Source of the DNA: Fimbriimonadales bacterium
GTDB lineage: Bacteria > Armatimonadota > Fimbriimonadia > Fimbriimonadales > ATM1
DNA length: 64,000 nt
Reading direction: 5' to 3'
NCBI GenBank assembly: GCA_051003155.1
Contig: JBPCLO010000051.1
Coordinates: 32,001 to 96,000 of the forward strand
Shown: positions 9,313 through 18,958 of the stretch, piece by piece
How the letters are laid out: the number at the start of each line of letters is the position of its first letter
How positions within the stretch are numbered: the stretch's first letter is position 1
Made by a program: the position numbers and the translations under genes
The notes under the pieces: generated by a model
What the model saw: only the letters and a program-made list of their open reading frames with translations
Databases searched by the model: none
Told to the model about the DNA's origin: nothing

Positions 9313-10827
9313 ATGCTGCTACCAATTCTTTTCGCCGCCACTACGGCGGTTCCCACGCCTTTGGAGATGACCGTTTCGTCGGCGTCGCTATTCAAAAACG
9401 GCTACGCTGTGGTCGTTCACGAAGGGAAGCTGCGCGGGTCGGGCGAGTACGTGATCGATGAATTGCCGATGGCGGTTCTCGGCACGATGTGGCTCACGGC
9501 CTCGCCGGGGGTGAAGCTCAGCCGCGTCTTGATGACGAGTGAGGAGACCTCGAGCGAGACGGCTGCGCAGAATCTGGACGACATCCTGCGCGCCAACGTG
9601 GGACGAAGGCTGAAGTTCTGGCTGAATGACAAAACCGACTTCGAGGGGACTCTCGAGAGCGCCGACGGAACGATTCTCGTCGTGCGGTCCGATGCCGAAA
9701 TGCGCGTGCTGCCGAAGTCGGCCGTCGCCCAAATCAGCGCGCCCGGCGGCGAGATCGTTTGGAAGATCAAGAGCAAGTCGACTAAGCCGGTGATCAGGTT
9801 CACGGCCACAGCGGGGGCGGATTCGAAGTTCTACATGGTCTCGATGGAGCGCGGGCTTACGTGGACGCCCGGCTATTCGATCGATATCACCGACAAGAAC
9901 GCCCTACATTTGGTCGCAAAGGCCACGATTCTGAACGATCTCGCGGATCTCAAAGGCATCGAAATCCGCCTTATCACCGGCTTTCCCAATGTCCCGTTCT
10001 TGGGATATTGGGACCCGTTTACGTCGCGCCAGTCGGTCGACCAGTTCGTGGGGAACGTCATGCAGATGGGCACGCCCGCGCAGCTTCGCGACAAGTCGGG
10101 AGTCGGCGGCATGATGAACCAGATGGCACCGGCCCCGGGTGCCTTCGACGACGCGTTCAATGTGAGCACGCTGCCCGGTTTATCCGAGGAGGACCTGTTC
10201 TTCTACCGCTTGCCCGACGTCACGATGAAGCGGGGCGACCGGGGCTACTACATCCTGTTCTCGGCCAATTCTGCCTACTCGCACATCTACGAGTGGGATA
10301 TCCCCGACAAGGTCAACTCCGGCCGCTACTCGCAGGACGACGGTCGGCCAGGCGACGTTTGGCACAGCCTGAAGTTCAAGAACACCGCAAAGCAACCGCT
10401 GACCACAGCGCCCGCCACGATCTTCAAGGACGGCGAGATTCTGGGGCAGGACATGCTGATGTACACAAGCGTAGCGGCAGAAGCGCTCGTGAAGATGACC
10501 AAAGCGCTCGACGTTCGCGCGGAGGATCTCGAGGAGGAGACCGACAGGAAGGTTCTGGAGCAGCCGGTTCGCGGGAGCAATTACGACGTGGTTACGCTGA
10601 AGGGGACTCTGAGCGTGCACAACCGCAAGGCCGAGTCGATCAAGCTCAAAATCACGAAGGAGCTGACCGGGGAGATGGTTTCGGTGGACGGAAACCCGAA
10701 GACCCGCACGATCACGAAGGGCCTGCGCGCGGTGAACCCGCGGCAGCTTCTAGAATGGACGATCGATTTGAAGCCGGACGAGAAGCGCGTGCTGACGTAT
10801 ACCTACCGGGTGCATATTTTGCGGTAG
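9313..10827 (+). CDS. DUF4139-like secreted protein
   Basis: GGAGGGAG RBS before ATG 9313; SLFKNGYAVV N-terminus, LTWTPGY, C-terminal LEWTIDLKPDEKRVLTYTY. Confidence 0.7.
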   Translation: MLLPILFAATTAVPTPLEMTVSSASLFKNGYAVVVHEGKLRGSGEYVIDELPMAVLGTMWLTASPGVKLSRVLMTSEETSSETAAQNLDDILRANVGRRLKFWLNDKTDFEGTLESADGTILVVRSDAEMRVLPKSAVAQISAPGGEIVWKIKSKSTKPVIRFTATAGADSKFYMVSMERGLTWTPGYSIDITDKNALHLVAKATILNDLADLKGIEIRLITGFPNVPFLGYWDPFTSRQSVDQFVGNVMQMGTPAQLRDKSGVGGMMNQMAPAPGAFDDAFNVSTLPGLSEEDLFFYRLPDVTMKRGDRGYYILFSANSAYSHIYEWDIPDKVNSGRYSQDDGRPGDVWHSLKFKNTAKQPLTTAPATIFKDGEILGQDMLMYTSVAAEALVKMTKALDVRAEDLEEETDRKVLEQPVRGSNYDVVTLKGTLSVHNRKAESIKLKITKELTGEMVSVDGNPKTRTITKGLRAVNPRQLLEWTIDLKPDEKRVLTYTYRVHILR

Positions 10828-10839
10828 CGATCTGAAGCA

Positions 10840-11139
10840 ATGTGGCCGGAGAGGACTTTAATCGCTGCCGACTGGCTCGGAACCATATCCGGGTTGATTG
10901 TCCTTGTGACCGGGATCTTCTTGTGGGCTCGCACGCACCCTACGCGTTCCTGCTTCGAATCTCTCTTGACGTCGACTTGGACGGTTCTGGGCTTGCTAAG
11001 CATTCCTGCAGCATTCGGGATGGCGTTTCCGCTGAGCCCGAGGGATCACCCCATCACATGGTTCTTGCTCTTTTTCCTAATGTACGGCGGCGGACTCGGG
11101 ATAGCGCTGATTGGCGGCGCGCAGAAACGGCCGAAGTAA
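10840..11139 (+). CDS. Small membrane protein, hypothetical
   Basis: 99-aa ORF with three hydrophobic segments directly downstream of the previous gene. Confidence 0.4.
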   Translation: MWPERTLIAADWLGTISGLIVLVTGIFLWARTHPTRSCFESLLTSTWTVLGLLSIPAAFGMAFPLSPRDHPITWFLLFFLMYGGGLGIALIGGAQKRPK

Positions 11140-11158
11140 CGTCGCCAAGTTGGCGGCA

Positions 11159-11493
11159 CTATCGAGGTTCAGGCAGCCCGGACACTTTGCGACAAGCCAG
11201 AACGATTGCGAGAACGTACGCCAAGCCCTAGATCAAAGGCGCCAGGTTCACTAGGGCCATGCCGGCTTCCATTTGGCTAAGCGCTGGGATGGAAACTGTG
11301 TCCTGCGACTGTCCGACCCGGGCGATCAGGATTCCATAGATGGCCATCCAAACCAGCCAATGTATCCACGGCGAAGGGACTAGTGAGACCCCAACGAGGA
11401 GCCAGACAGCCAATAAGAACGGGCGCGGACCCGTTTGGTGGAATGCCGAAAGTACCACGAGGACGGCTCGGCATTAGCCTCAGCCCCTGTCAT
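11159..11493 (-). pseudogene. Decayed small membrane-protein gene
   Basis: GGAGGAGG RBS and ATG at 11493; frame change into a hydrophobic reading (PFLLAVWLLVGV...); in-frame TAG at 11228-11230, then hydrophobic GLAYVLAIVLAC...-stop. Confidence 0.35.
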
Positions 11494-11544
11494 ACGGCCT
11501 CCTCCAATGCTACAGCAATTATCCCGCAAGGGGTTGCGCAGCCG

Positions 11545-12540
11545 CTACATCGGCAAAGCGTTAGGGCCGAAGTCGGCGTCGTAGTACTCCCCCACGTTCG
11601 TGCCCGGGGCGATGATAGCGTCGATCTTCTTTAACGTCTCCTCGTCGAGTTTCAGCTCCGTGGCACTCATTAAATCGTCGAATTGCCTGATCTTCCGTGC
11701 GCCGATGATGGCCGATGTGATTCCCGGTTGGTTGATGACCCATGACATGGAGAGCGTGGTCAAGGAGACGCCCAATTTATCGGCGAGCTTCTTCAGCTTC
11801 GACACGACGGCGGTCGATTGCGGGTTGATTCGGTTCATCGGGTCGCTCGTCGCATATCTTCCCTCCTTCGCCTTCTCGAGGTATTTACCGCTCAGCTGCC
11901 CACCAGCAAGTGGCGACCAGGGGATGACCGCGTAGTTGTAAGTCCTCGTAAATGGCAAAAGCTCGCGCTCGATTCGGCGGTCCAGGAGGTTGTAGGGCGG
12001 CTGCTCGCTCACGAAGCGATTGAGGCCGAGCTCCCTGGAAATATAGTGCGCCTCGCAGACCTGCCATGCCCCGAACGTGCTCGAGCCAATATATCGGACT
12101 TTTCCCGCCCGAATCAGATCGTCGAGCGCGCGAAGGGTCTCGTCGATCGGGATGCTCGGCTGCGGGCGGTGAGCCTGATAGAGGTCGATGTAATCCGTTC
12201 CAAGGCGCTTCAGCGAAGCGTCGCATTGCGCGATGATATGCCGGCGAGAATTGCCCCAGTCGTTCTGACCCTCGCCCATCTTGCCGTGGTACTTGGTCGC
12301 CAGAAAAATCTCGTCGCGGCGGCCTTTGATCACCTTGCCCGTCACCTCTTCGCATCCGCCCCGGTCGTAAACGTTAGCCGTGTCGAAGAAGTTGATCCCA
12401 AGCTCGAGCGCCCTCTTGCCGATCTTCTCGCCCTCGGCCTTCGTGCTTCCCCAATCCTCCGGATGCCATCCGAATGTCATCGTGCCCATACAGAGTGGGC
12501 TGACCATTACCCCCGTTCGTCCGAACTGCCGATATTCCAT
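11545..12540 (-). CDS. Aldo/keto reductase
   Basis: VSPLCMGTMTFG, FFDTANVY, SLKRLGTDYIDLYQ.H, GKVRYIGSS, PWSPLAGG. Confidence 0.95.
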   Translation of the reverse strand: MEYRQFGRTGVMVSPLCMGTMTFGWHPEDWGSTKAEGEKIGKRALELGINFFDTANVYDRGGCEEVTGKVIKGRRDEIFLATKYHGKMGEGQNDWGNSRRHIIAQCDASLKRLGTDYIDLYQAHRPQPSIPIDETLRALDDLIRAGKVRYIGSSTFGAWQVCEAHYISRELGLNRFVSEQPPYNLLDRRIERELLPFTRTYNYAVIPWSPLAGGQLSGKYLEKAKEGRYATSDPMNRINPQSTAVVSKLKKLADKLGVSLTTLSMSWVINQPGITSAIIGARKIRQFDDLMSATELKLDEETLKKIDAIIAPGTNVGEYYDADFGPNALPM

Positions 12541-12576
12541 CGGTAAAGGTTACCGATATTGCGCTATAACATTGTC

Positions 12577-12963
12577 ATGCTTTGGCTGCAGGCGCTGCCC
12601 GCGTTCGCGATATGGATCGCGTATCTTTATCTTATGCGAAATCGTGTGCAGCGAGATCGACTCAAGTACCAGAGCTGGCCGCGACGCATGCGCACAGTAG
12701 CGATGATTTTCGGAGTGCTGGCATCCCTCGCAGTATTGATCGCCGGGGCGCTGCTGCTGGGGACCCAGAAGTGGATATCGAGTGGCGACGATCTCACGGT
12801 TGCAGGGATCACCATGGTCACCGTGATCGGATTGATCTACCTGAAGCTGCAGATGATCGTTGTGTCGCTCACGCTGTCGCTTGCCTTCGAGAATGTAACG
12901 AGCGGCAGCCGAGCGGCGTCTGACATTCAAGACAATGCCGGCGAGCGGCGTGGAGAGAACTAA
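12577..12963 (+). CDS. Hypothetical membrane protein
   Basis: Three TM segments; first gene of a tightly packed run. Confidence 0.6.
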   Translation: MLWLQALPAFAIWIAYLYLMRNRVQRDRLKYQSWPRRMRTVAMIFGVLASLAVLIAGALLLGTQKWISSGDDLTVAGITMVTVIGLIYLKLQMIVVSLTLSLAFENVTSGSRAASDIQDNAGERRGEN

Positions 12964-13541
12964 TGAGAACAATTTTTGCAGCTATATTTGTACTTTTTGC
13001 ATCGGTCTCTTGCCTTTCTCAGGTCGTGAAGGACGATCCGTACAAGATGACGCCGACTTTGGAGAAGCTCGCCGATATCGACCTCGCGAACCAAATTCTG
13101 CCCGTCTTGATGACCAAGGATCAGATCAATAAGCTGCTGCCGGTCATAGAGAAATGCCGCACCAACGTGCGGGCCCAGGCAAAGAAAGAGGCGGATCGGA
13201 TCAAAGCTCTTCAGGGCGAGATCGACAAGGTCCACGGCGAAGCTTACAAAGGCATGGTGCCTTCCAAAGAGTTTCTCGACAAGATCACCTCGCTGTTCAC
13301 TAAGTTCGCGAACGAGCGCGTCGGCGTTTCGCTCGCCAATTCCCTTCTGTTGTTCGAAAGACTCAAAGAAACGCTGAATGACGGCCAGAAGAAAGCCGTT
13401 GTCGGCGTCGTCGACCGCATCTTCAACGAGGAGAACAAGAAGTGGGAGGACGGGACCGCCGACCGGAAACTCCAGTACTTCGGAGCTACGCTTATCCTCG
13501 GCGATCGGGGCTACGACATGCTTGTTAAATTGGCGAAGTAG
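12963..13541 (+). CDS. Hypothetical secreted helical protein
   Basis: N-terminal signal peptide; TAATG overlap with the upstream gene. Confidence 0.7.
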   Translation: MRTIFAAIFVLFASVSCLSQVVKDDPYKMTPTLEKLADIDLANQILPVLMTKDQINKLLPVIEKCRTNVRAQAKKEADRIKALQGEIDKVHGEAYKGMVPSKEFLDKITSLFTKFANERVGVSLANSLLLFERLKETLNDGQKKAVVGVVDRIFNEENKKWEDGTADRKLQYFGATLILGDRGYDMLVKLAK

Positions 13542-13544
13542 GCC

Positions 13545-14345
13545 ATGTCGGTTAAGACCGTGCTCGGGCTGTCAGGGCTGGTGCCGGCGCTCGTTTTAGG
13601 CGCGGCATGCACCGCTCCGCGCCAGGCTGGGCCTACTAAGGTGATGGCTCAAGCCCGCGCTCCCCTTCCCGACCCAAAGTTAGTTCCTGGCGCCGGCATT
13701 CCGGGCACTAGGCACGGCGGCGATCTGTATCCACTAAATTGGCGTGGAGAGATATGGCTAAGTCAAGAGTTGGACGGCCCGACCAGCGCCGGAATCACCA
13801 ATGCTTATGACACATTGCTCATCGGCCCCATGATCGCCTTGCGGAAGGCGTTAACGGCTCTACAGGCGTCGACGCTCGAAGCCGACGCCCCCGACAAGCC
13901 CGTTCTCGCGCGGTTCGAGATCTACGACGCCTGGAGCGACTACAACCACGTAGAGTACATCGGCCCTCCAACGCTGGAAGATGACCGTTCGCCATTTAGA
14001 ATGCGCGCGTTGCTCTATTGGGTTTACCGCCGCGCAGATTCGGATACCCCCATCGGGTCGGTTAGGCTGCGATATCACGCTAAATCTCGTGGCACCATGA
14101 AGCACGGCGCGCAGCTCGGGCATGTAGTCGTCGAAAAGCGCGAGTTTGTAGTTAGGCCACAAAGCAGCAGAAAGCTCGGAACTTCGATCGTTCAGGAGGA
14201 TTGGGAAGTGGTAGGCGAAGGCAAAATCGTGGAAACCGAAACGCGAATCGTTGGCGACTACAACGACGCCGTCGTATTTTTCGATATTTCGCAGCGGGCG
14301 TTCGAAAAGTTCAAAGCGCAGGGAGCGTTCGGAAAGCCTAAGTAG
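13545..14345 (+). CDS. Hypothetical lipoprotein
   Basis: LVLGAAC lipobox-like signal; 266-aa ORF in operon context. Confidence 0.55.
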   Translation: MSVKTVLGLSGLVPALVLGAACTAPRQAGPTKVMAQARAPLPDPKLVPGAGIPGTRHGGDLYPLNWRGEIWLSQELDGPTSAGITNAYDTLLIGPMIALRKALTALQASTLEADAPDKPVLARFEIYDAWSDYNHVEYIGPPTLEDDRSPFRMRALLYWVYRRADSDTPIGSVRLRYHAKSRGTMKHGAQLGHVVVEKREFVVRPQSSRKLGTSIVQEDWEVVGEGKIVETETRIVGDYNDAVVFFDISQRAFEKFKAQGAFGKPK

Positions 14346-14349
14346 GACC

Positions 14350-14943
14350 TTAGTCCACGAACCTGACGAACCTGCACAAGCGGCCCGTCGGAGTTTTGGT
14401 GGCTCCATCGGCCCGGATGAGTTCTTGTTGGTGCTCGTGGCCGACCGGGGCGAGAACAAAGCCACCGGGCGCCAGGAGTCCGGTCGCCCAATCCGGTGTG
14501 GAGGCAATAGCTGCACTAAACACAACTCTGTCGTACAGTTCACTAAGGCTCACCTCCCCGGCGTTGCCGACGATCACCTTCGCCTCGACACCCAGCCGCG
14601 CAAGCGTTACCATCGACGCTTCTGCCAAGGACCTTACGATCTCGACACCCGTCGCCTCGACTCCCACACAGGATAGGAGCGCGAGCAGGTATCCGCTCCC
14701 GCTTCCGACTTCCAGCACCTTCATGCCGGGTTCCAGTTCGAGCTCCTTGAGCATGATGGCCAGCATCGACGGCTGCGAATTCGTGGCGCCGTGGCCGATG
14801 GATATAGCGGAATCCGAGTATGCCTGGCTGCGGGCCCAGAGTGGAAGAAACTCCTCTCGCGGAACTGCTCTAAAAGCCGCCGCGATTTCGGAAGAGATTC
14901 CCTGCTCGCGAACGAGCCTGTCGACCAGTTCCCCTCGATCCAT
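14350..14943 (-). CDS. pcm: Protein-L-isoaspartate O-methyltransferase
   Basis: AFRAVPREEF, AY.D.AISIG.G.T.SQP, VLEVGSGSGY. Confidence 0.9.
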   Translation of the reverse strand: MDRGELVDRLVREQGISSEIAAAFRAVPREEFLPLWARSQAYSDSAISIGHGATNSQPSMLAIMLKELELEPGMKVLEVGSGSGYLLALLSCVGVEATGVEIVRSLAEASMVTLARLGVEAKVIVGNAGEVSLSELYDRVVFSAAIASTPDWATGLLAPGGFVLAPVGHEHQQELIRADGATKTPTGRLCRFVRFVD

Positions 14944-14978
14944 ACTGGTACTGACGCCGAATCGAGTAACCTTTTGTC

Positions 14979-15971
14979 GTGGTTAGACTAACCCAACTCG
15001 TAGACGGCGCCGGTTGAGCGAGCAAGCTGGGGCCATCCCAACTCGCGGAGATTCTGCGAGCCTTGCCGAAGAATGCGCACCCTGACCTGCTCGTCGGCTT
15101 CGACACTTACGACGACGCGGGCGTTTTTCGCATGTCCGAAGATACCGCCCTCGTGCAGACGATGGACTTTTTCACACCCATCGTGGACGATCCGTACGCA
15201 TACGGGGCGATCGCAGCTGCAAATTCTTTGTCGGATGTTTATGCCATGGGCGGAAGGCCAATTACGGTGATGAATATTGCCTGTTTCGACCCCACAATGG
15301 CGGAGGCGAATGTTTGGGCAGCAATCTTCAAGGGAATGGCCGATAAATGTCAGGAGGCGGGCGCCGCTGTGGTCGGCGGGCATAGCGTAGAAGATAAACA
15401 ACCGAAATTCGGCCTAAGCGTAACGGGCCTCGTAAATCCATCCGTCATGCTACACAACGCAGGTGCTGAACCAGGCGACCGGATTTATTTATCAAAGCCT
15501 CTGGGGACAGGAATTATTACGACGGCCGCGAAATTCAACGACTGCCCCGACGAGGCCCTCTCTGCCGCAATCGAGACAATGTCCATGCTCAATGCCGAAG
15601 CGTCGCGCAAAGCCGTCGAAGCGGGTTCGAGATGCGCAACCGACATAACCGGTTTTGGCCTTGCCGGGCATCTCTTCAATATCGCTCGCGCCTCGTCGGT
15701 ATCGATTTCGATCGACTCTGCCAAACTGCCGCTCCTCCCCAATATCGCGGAGTTAGTCGAGAGGAAGAACACAACAGGCGGCGGCAAGAACAACCGAGAG
15801 TTTATAGGGGAGAATCTTTCGTTCAGCGAACGCATACCCGGCTGGATGGAGCACCTTGCCGTGGACCCGCAGACGAGCGGCGGACTGGCTATTTTCGCTA
15901 CAAAGGAAATCACAGGATATCCAGAAATCGGCTATGTATCCGAAGGCTCGCCGTCTATTTCGCTTTCGTAA
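14979..15971 (+). CDS. selD: Selenide, water dikinase, selenocysteine-containing (UGA at 15015-15017)
   Basis: GTG 14979 gives MVRLTQLVDGAG-U-ASKLGPSQL in frame with the track ORF (DDAGV, DFFTPIVDDPY..G.IAAANSLSDVYAMGG, GGHS, TDITGFGL.GH, DPQTSGGL); UGA occupies the catalytic Cys/Sec site. Confidence 0.95.
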
Positions 15972-17004
15972 GGCTATTCAGCACGTTCATGCAACTCAGA
16001 GCGGATTTTTCGAAAGAAAACTGGGCGCTCTTTTCTTTCGCAGCTTCGCTAAATTGCCTCCACAACTCCTCGTTACCCAAAAGCCTGACTATCGAGGAGG
16101 ACAAAGCATCCACATCGCCGGGGGGCACGAGGATTCCGTTCTTGCCGTCCTCGACTATTTCGGACACTCCGCCGACGTTCGATGCCACAACAGGGACGCC
16201 CAAAGCATTTGCCTCTGCGAGCACCAGCCCGAACCCTTCCGGCGCCAGCGAAGGCAAGACAACCACGCGAGAAGCAGCGAAAACCGCGTGAATATCCGAC
16301 CGAAATCCGAGAAAACGGACGTTATTCTCGATCCCGAATTGCTTCGCCATTTTTTCAGCCTTCCAGCGATCGGGCCCATCGCCCGCAAAAACAATAATCG
16401 CCGACGGAATCTCCGTGATGACTCTCCTTGCAGCCTGCAACAGAACAAATATGCCCTTGCTTTCGCGTAAATGAGCAGCATAGGTAACGACGAGTGGCCC
16501 TAGCGGCACAACGTCGGCGGCGGGGTGGACATCTTCCGGCGAATCACCGTTCGCGGGCCAAATAACCTCGATTCCCGTTTCCTTGTGCCCTTGACGGACG
16601 AGGTTCGCCCTGGCCGCTTTCGATACCGCGATCACCTTCGTGGCGAAACTGTACGGCGCTCGCTTATTGAGCGAATGCACATGCGCCACGCACGGGAGGT
16701 TTTCACCGATTGCAGCCAAACAACCCCAGATCGTTGCCGAAGATAAATGCGTGTGCACAATGTCTATATTTTCCTGCCGGATGAGTGCGCGCAATCTTCC
16801 GCTGGCGAAAATATTCACTTTCCCAGAAATGCCAACAATTCGCACGTCTAAATCCAAGTTTCTGTAAAACGCTTCAACGGCTTGATTGTGCTTCATCGCT
16901 ATAACTGATTTATGGCCATTGTCCTTCTGCCATCTGCAGAACCAACCCGCGTAACGCTCAGCACCTCCAAGCCTGGACGGGGTAATCACCGTAAGAATGT
17001 TTAT
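15955..17004 (-). CDS. Glycosyltransferase family 4
   Basis: ILTVITPSRLGGAE, DIVHTH, EGFGLVLAEA.A.G.PVVASNVGG..EIV; probable start is ATA at 17004 (uncertain). Confidence 0.9.
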   Translation of the reverse strand: MNILTVITPSRLGGAERYAGWFCRWQKDNGHKSVIAMKHNQAVEAFYRNLDLDVRIVGISGKVNIFASGRLRALIRQENIDIVHTHLSSATIWGCLAAIGENLPCVAHVHSLNKRAPYSFATKVIAVSKAARANLVRQGHKETGIEVIWPANGDSPEDVHPAADVVPLGPLVVTYAAHLRESKGIFVLLQAARRVITEIPSAIIVFAGDGPDRWKAEKMAKQFGIENNVRFLGFRSDIHAVFAASRVVVLPSLAPEGFGLVLAEANALGVPVVASNVGGVSEIVEDGKNGILVPPGDVDALSSSIVRLLGNEELWRQFSEAAKEKSAQFSFEKSALSCMNVLNSLTKAK

Positions 17005-18038
17005 CGATTTTCTCCGAGGTTTCTGATTAGATTTACTTCCCGTATCACGGCCGCCACCTCGATGGCTGCCATGCAAAAATACGCCCCGCCGCAGGTGGGG
17101 TTGCGATAGCATGGGCTGCACGGCTGCTTGATATACATCGTCCTTGCGAACGGGCCATAGGGTCCAGTCGTCTCCGGGTTCGTCGGACCGTAAAGCCCGA
17201 CCACAGGCGTTCCCACCGCGACCGCCATGTGCAGAGGGCCCGAGTCCCCACCGATCGCCACATCCGCTAAGCCGATTACCGCGGCCAGGTTCAGCAGATC
17301 CGTCTTTCCGACTAGGGAATACGAGGTGAGCTTCATTCCTGCGCGGGCGCTCACGGTCGCGACTTGATCCGAAGGCGCGCCCACAAATACGGGCGTCAGA
17401 CCCATCGCAGCAAGCTGGTCGGCGAGCGCACCCCAACGTTCTTGGGACCACTGCCTCTGTGGCGTCGTAGCGCCGACAAAAAGCGCCGCGAACGGTTTCG
17501 GAACGATCGCAAGCAAGGCATTGGCCTCCGATCTGCGGGCACTGCCCAACCATTCTTGGGGCCGAAACTCCGGATTCGGAACCCCTAATGCCCGCGGAAA
17601 ATCAAGCATCACTTCGACCGCTTTTCTGTCGCGCATTTTCGACGGAATGAATGGGTAATTGTTGAAAAACTGACTTCCCTCTTTCTTTGAATCATAGGAA
17701 ATGCGATAGCGTGCGCCGGAAAGCCTTGCGATTAGCCCGCTCACGAAAAGGCTCTGCATGTCCAGAGAGACTTCATACTTGTACTTTCTGATCCCAAGTC
17801 CCAGCTTGATCGCCCCCCAAAGGCTGCCACGCGGAAATGCCCACACCTTGTCGACATAAGGATTCGCGTGGATTATCGGACGAAATGGCTTCTTAACAAC
17901 CCAGCCTATATGTGCGTCCGGTTTGTGCTGCCGCAGAATATCAGCCACCGGCAGCCCGTTGCAAATGTCGCCCAACGAACTGGACTTGATTATCAATATC
18001 CGCTTTGCCGAGGCCGCGCCGTCGATAGCCTTTACCAC
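17001..18038 (-). CDS. Glycosyltransferase family 9 (heptosyltransferase-like)
   Basis: RILIIKSSSLGDI, DSGPLHMAVAVGTPVVGLYGPT; GTG overlaps the upstream TAG. Confidence 0.9.
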   Translation of the reverse strand: MVKAIDGAASAKRILIIKSSSLGDICNGLPVADILRQHKPDAHIGWVVKKPFRPIIHANPYVDKVWAFPRGSLWGAIKLGLGIRKYKYEVSLDMQSLFVSGLIARLSGARYRISYDSKKEGSQFFNNYPFIPSKMRDRKAVEVMLDFPRALGVPNPEFRPQEWLGSARRSEANALLAIVPKPFAALFVGATTPQRQWSQERWGALADQLAAMGLTPVFVGAPSDQVATVSARAGMKLTSYSLVGKTDLLNLAAVIGLADVAIGGDSGPLHMAVAVGTPVVGLYGPTNPETTGPYGPFARTMYIKQPCSPCYRNPTCGGAYFCMAAIEVAAVIREVNLIRNLGENR

Positions 18039-18958
18039 TACTCGATGATTCCTAGTTCGCGAGCCCACCGCCAACGGTCATGCATCCAAAGCCACTGCTC
18101 GGGACGTCGCCTGATCGCAGATTCGATCCGCTCGTTGACTTTCGTCATGATCGCCAGAATGTCTGCCCGTTTATCACCAGATGGTACCGGCATATCTAAT
18201 GGCTCGGCGATCGCTCTGTACTCGCCCGGGCCGGTTTCTTCGCAAAACGCCGTTATAACCGGGCATCCTGTGCGCAAGTGAATTGCCGCGGGCGCTTCGT
18301 TCGTGCCTGCCGGTAAACCAAAGAACGGCACAAGTATCTCACGCGTGTTTTGATCGGTCAATATGCCTACGATCTCGTTTTTTGTCAGCCTTCTGAGGAT
18401 TTCGCGGGCGGCCTTGCCGCGAGAAAACACTTCGACCCCATGTCTATTCCTTACGGCGTTGATCATTTGGGTAGTGCGCTCTTCGTTTGTATCACGAGCC
18501 ACGACGCTGATCTTGTAGCCCCGAAGCGTAAACGCCTGGGCCATTCGTTCCCAATCGCCAAAGTGCGCGGTTATGACGAGCACGCCCTTGCCCTTATCTA
18601 TCGCGCTTTTCACATGCTCCAGGCCCTCGAACTTAACGGAGTCCGCTATCTGTTGATCCGAAAGCCGGTCCACTCGAAAGAAGCCAACCGCGGTTCGGCC
18701 GAAATGTTCGAACACTGCCACCGCCGTCTGGCGCACACGTTCGTCGGACCACTCAGGAAAGGCCATGCGCAGATTGGCGAGGGTCCGCTCCCTATATTTA
18801 CGGCTGCCTCGAAAAATCAACCGTCCCAGGCGTCGGCCAAAAGTGCCTGCGAAGCGCTCGGGCAACGCCCGCACGATGACGGCGACGCCGCGCAATGCGA
18901 CGCCGCCGATCTTACGCTCCAGCCTTTTTCTCAGGGGAAGAGAGTTCGATTTAGCCAA
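18038..18958 (-). CDS. Lipid A late acyltransferase (LpxL/HtrB family)
   Basis: NLRMAFPE, TAHFGDWE, DQ, VPFFG, IRRRPEQWLWMHDRW. Confidence 0.88.
   Translation of the reverse strand: MAKSNSLPLRKRLERKIGGVALRGVAVIVRALPERFAGTFGRRLGRLIFRGSRKYRERTLANLRMAFPEWSDERVRQTAVAVFEHFGRTAVGFFRVDRLSDQQIADSVKFEGLEHVKSAIDKGKGVLVITAHFGDWERMAQAFTLRGYKISVVARDTNEERTTQMINAVRNRHGVEVFSRGKAAREILRRLTKNEIVGILTDQNTREILVPFFGLPAGTNEAPAAIHLRTGCPVITAFCEETGPGEYRAIAEPLDMPVPSGDKRADILAIMTKVNERIESAIRRRPEQWLWMHDRWRWARELGIIE

Noticed and set aside
17005..17553. 532-aa version of the GT4 ORF
   Set aside because: The first 183 codons overlap the GT9 gene in another frame and are not protein-like.
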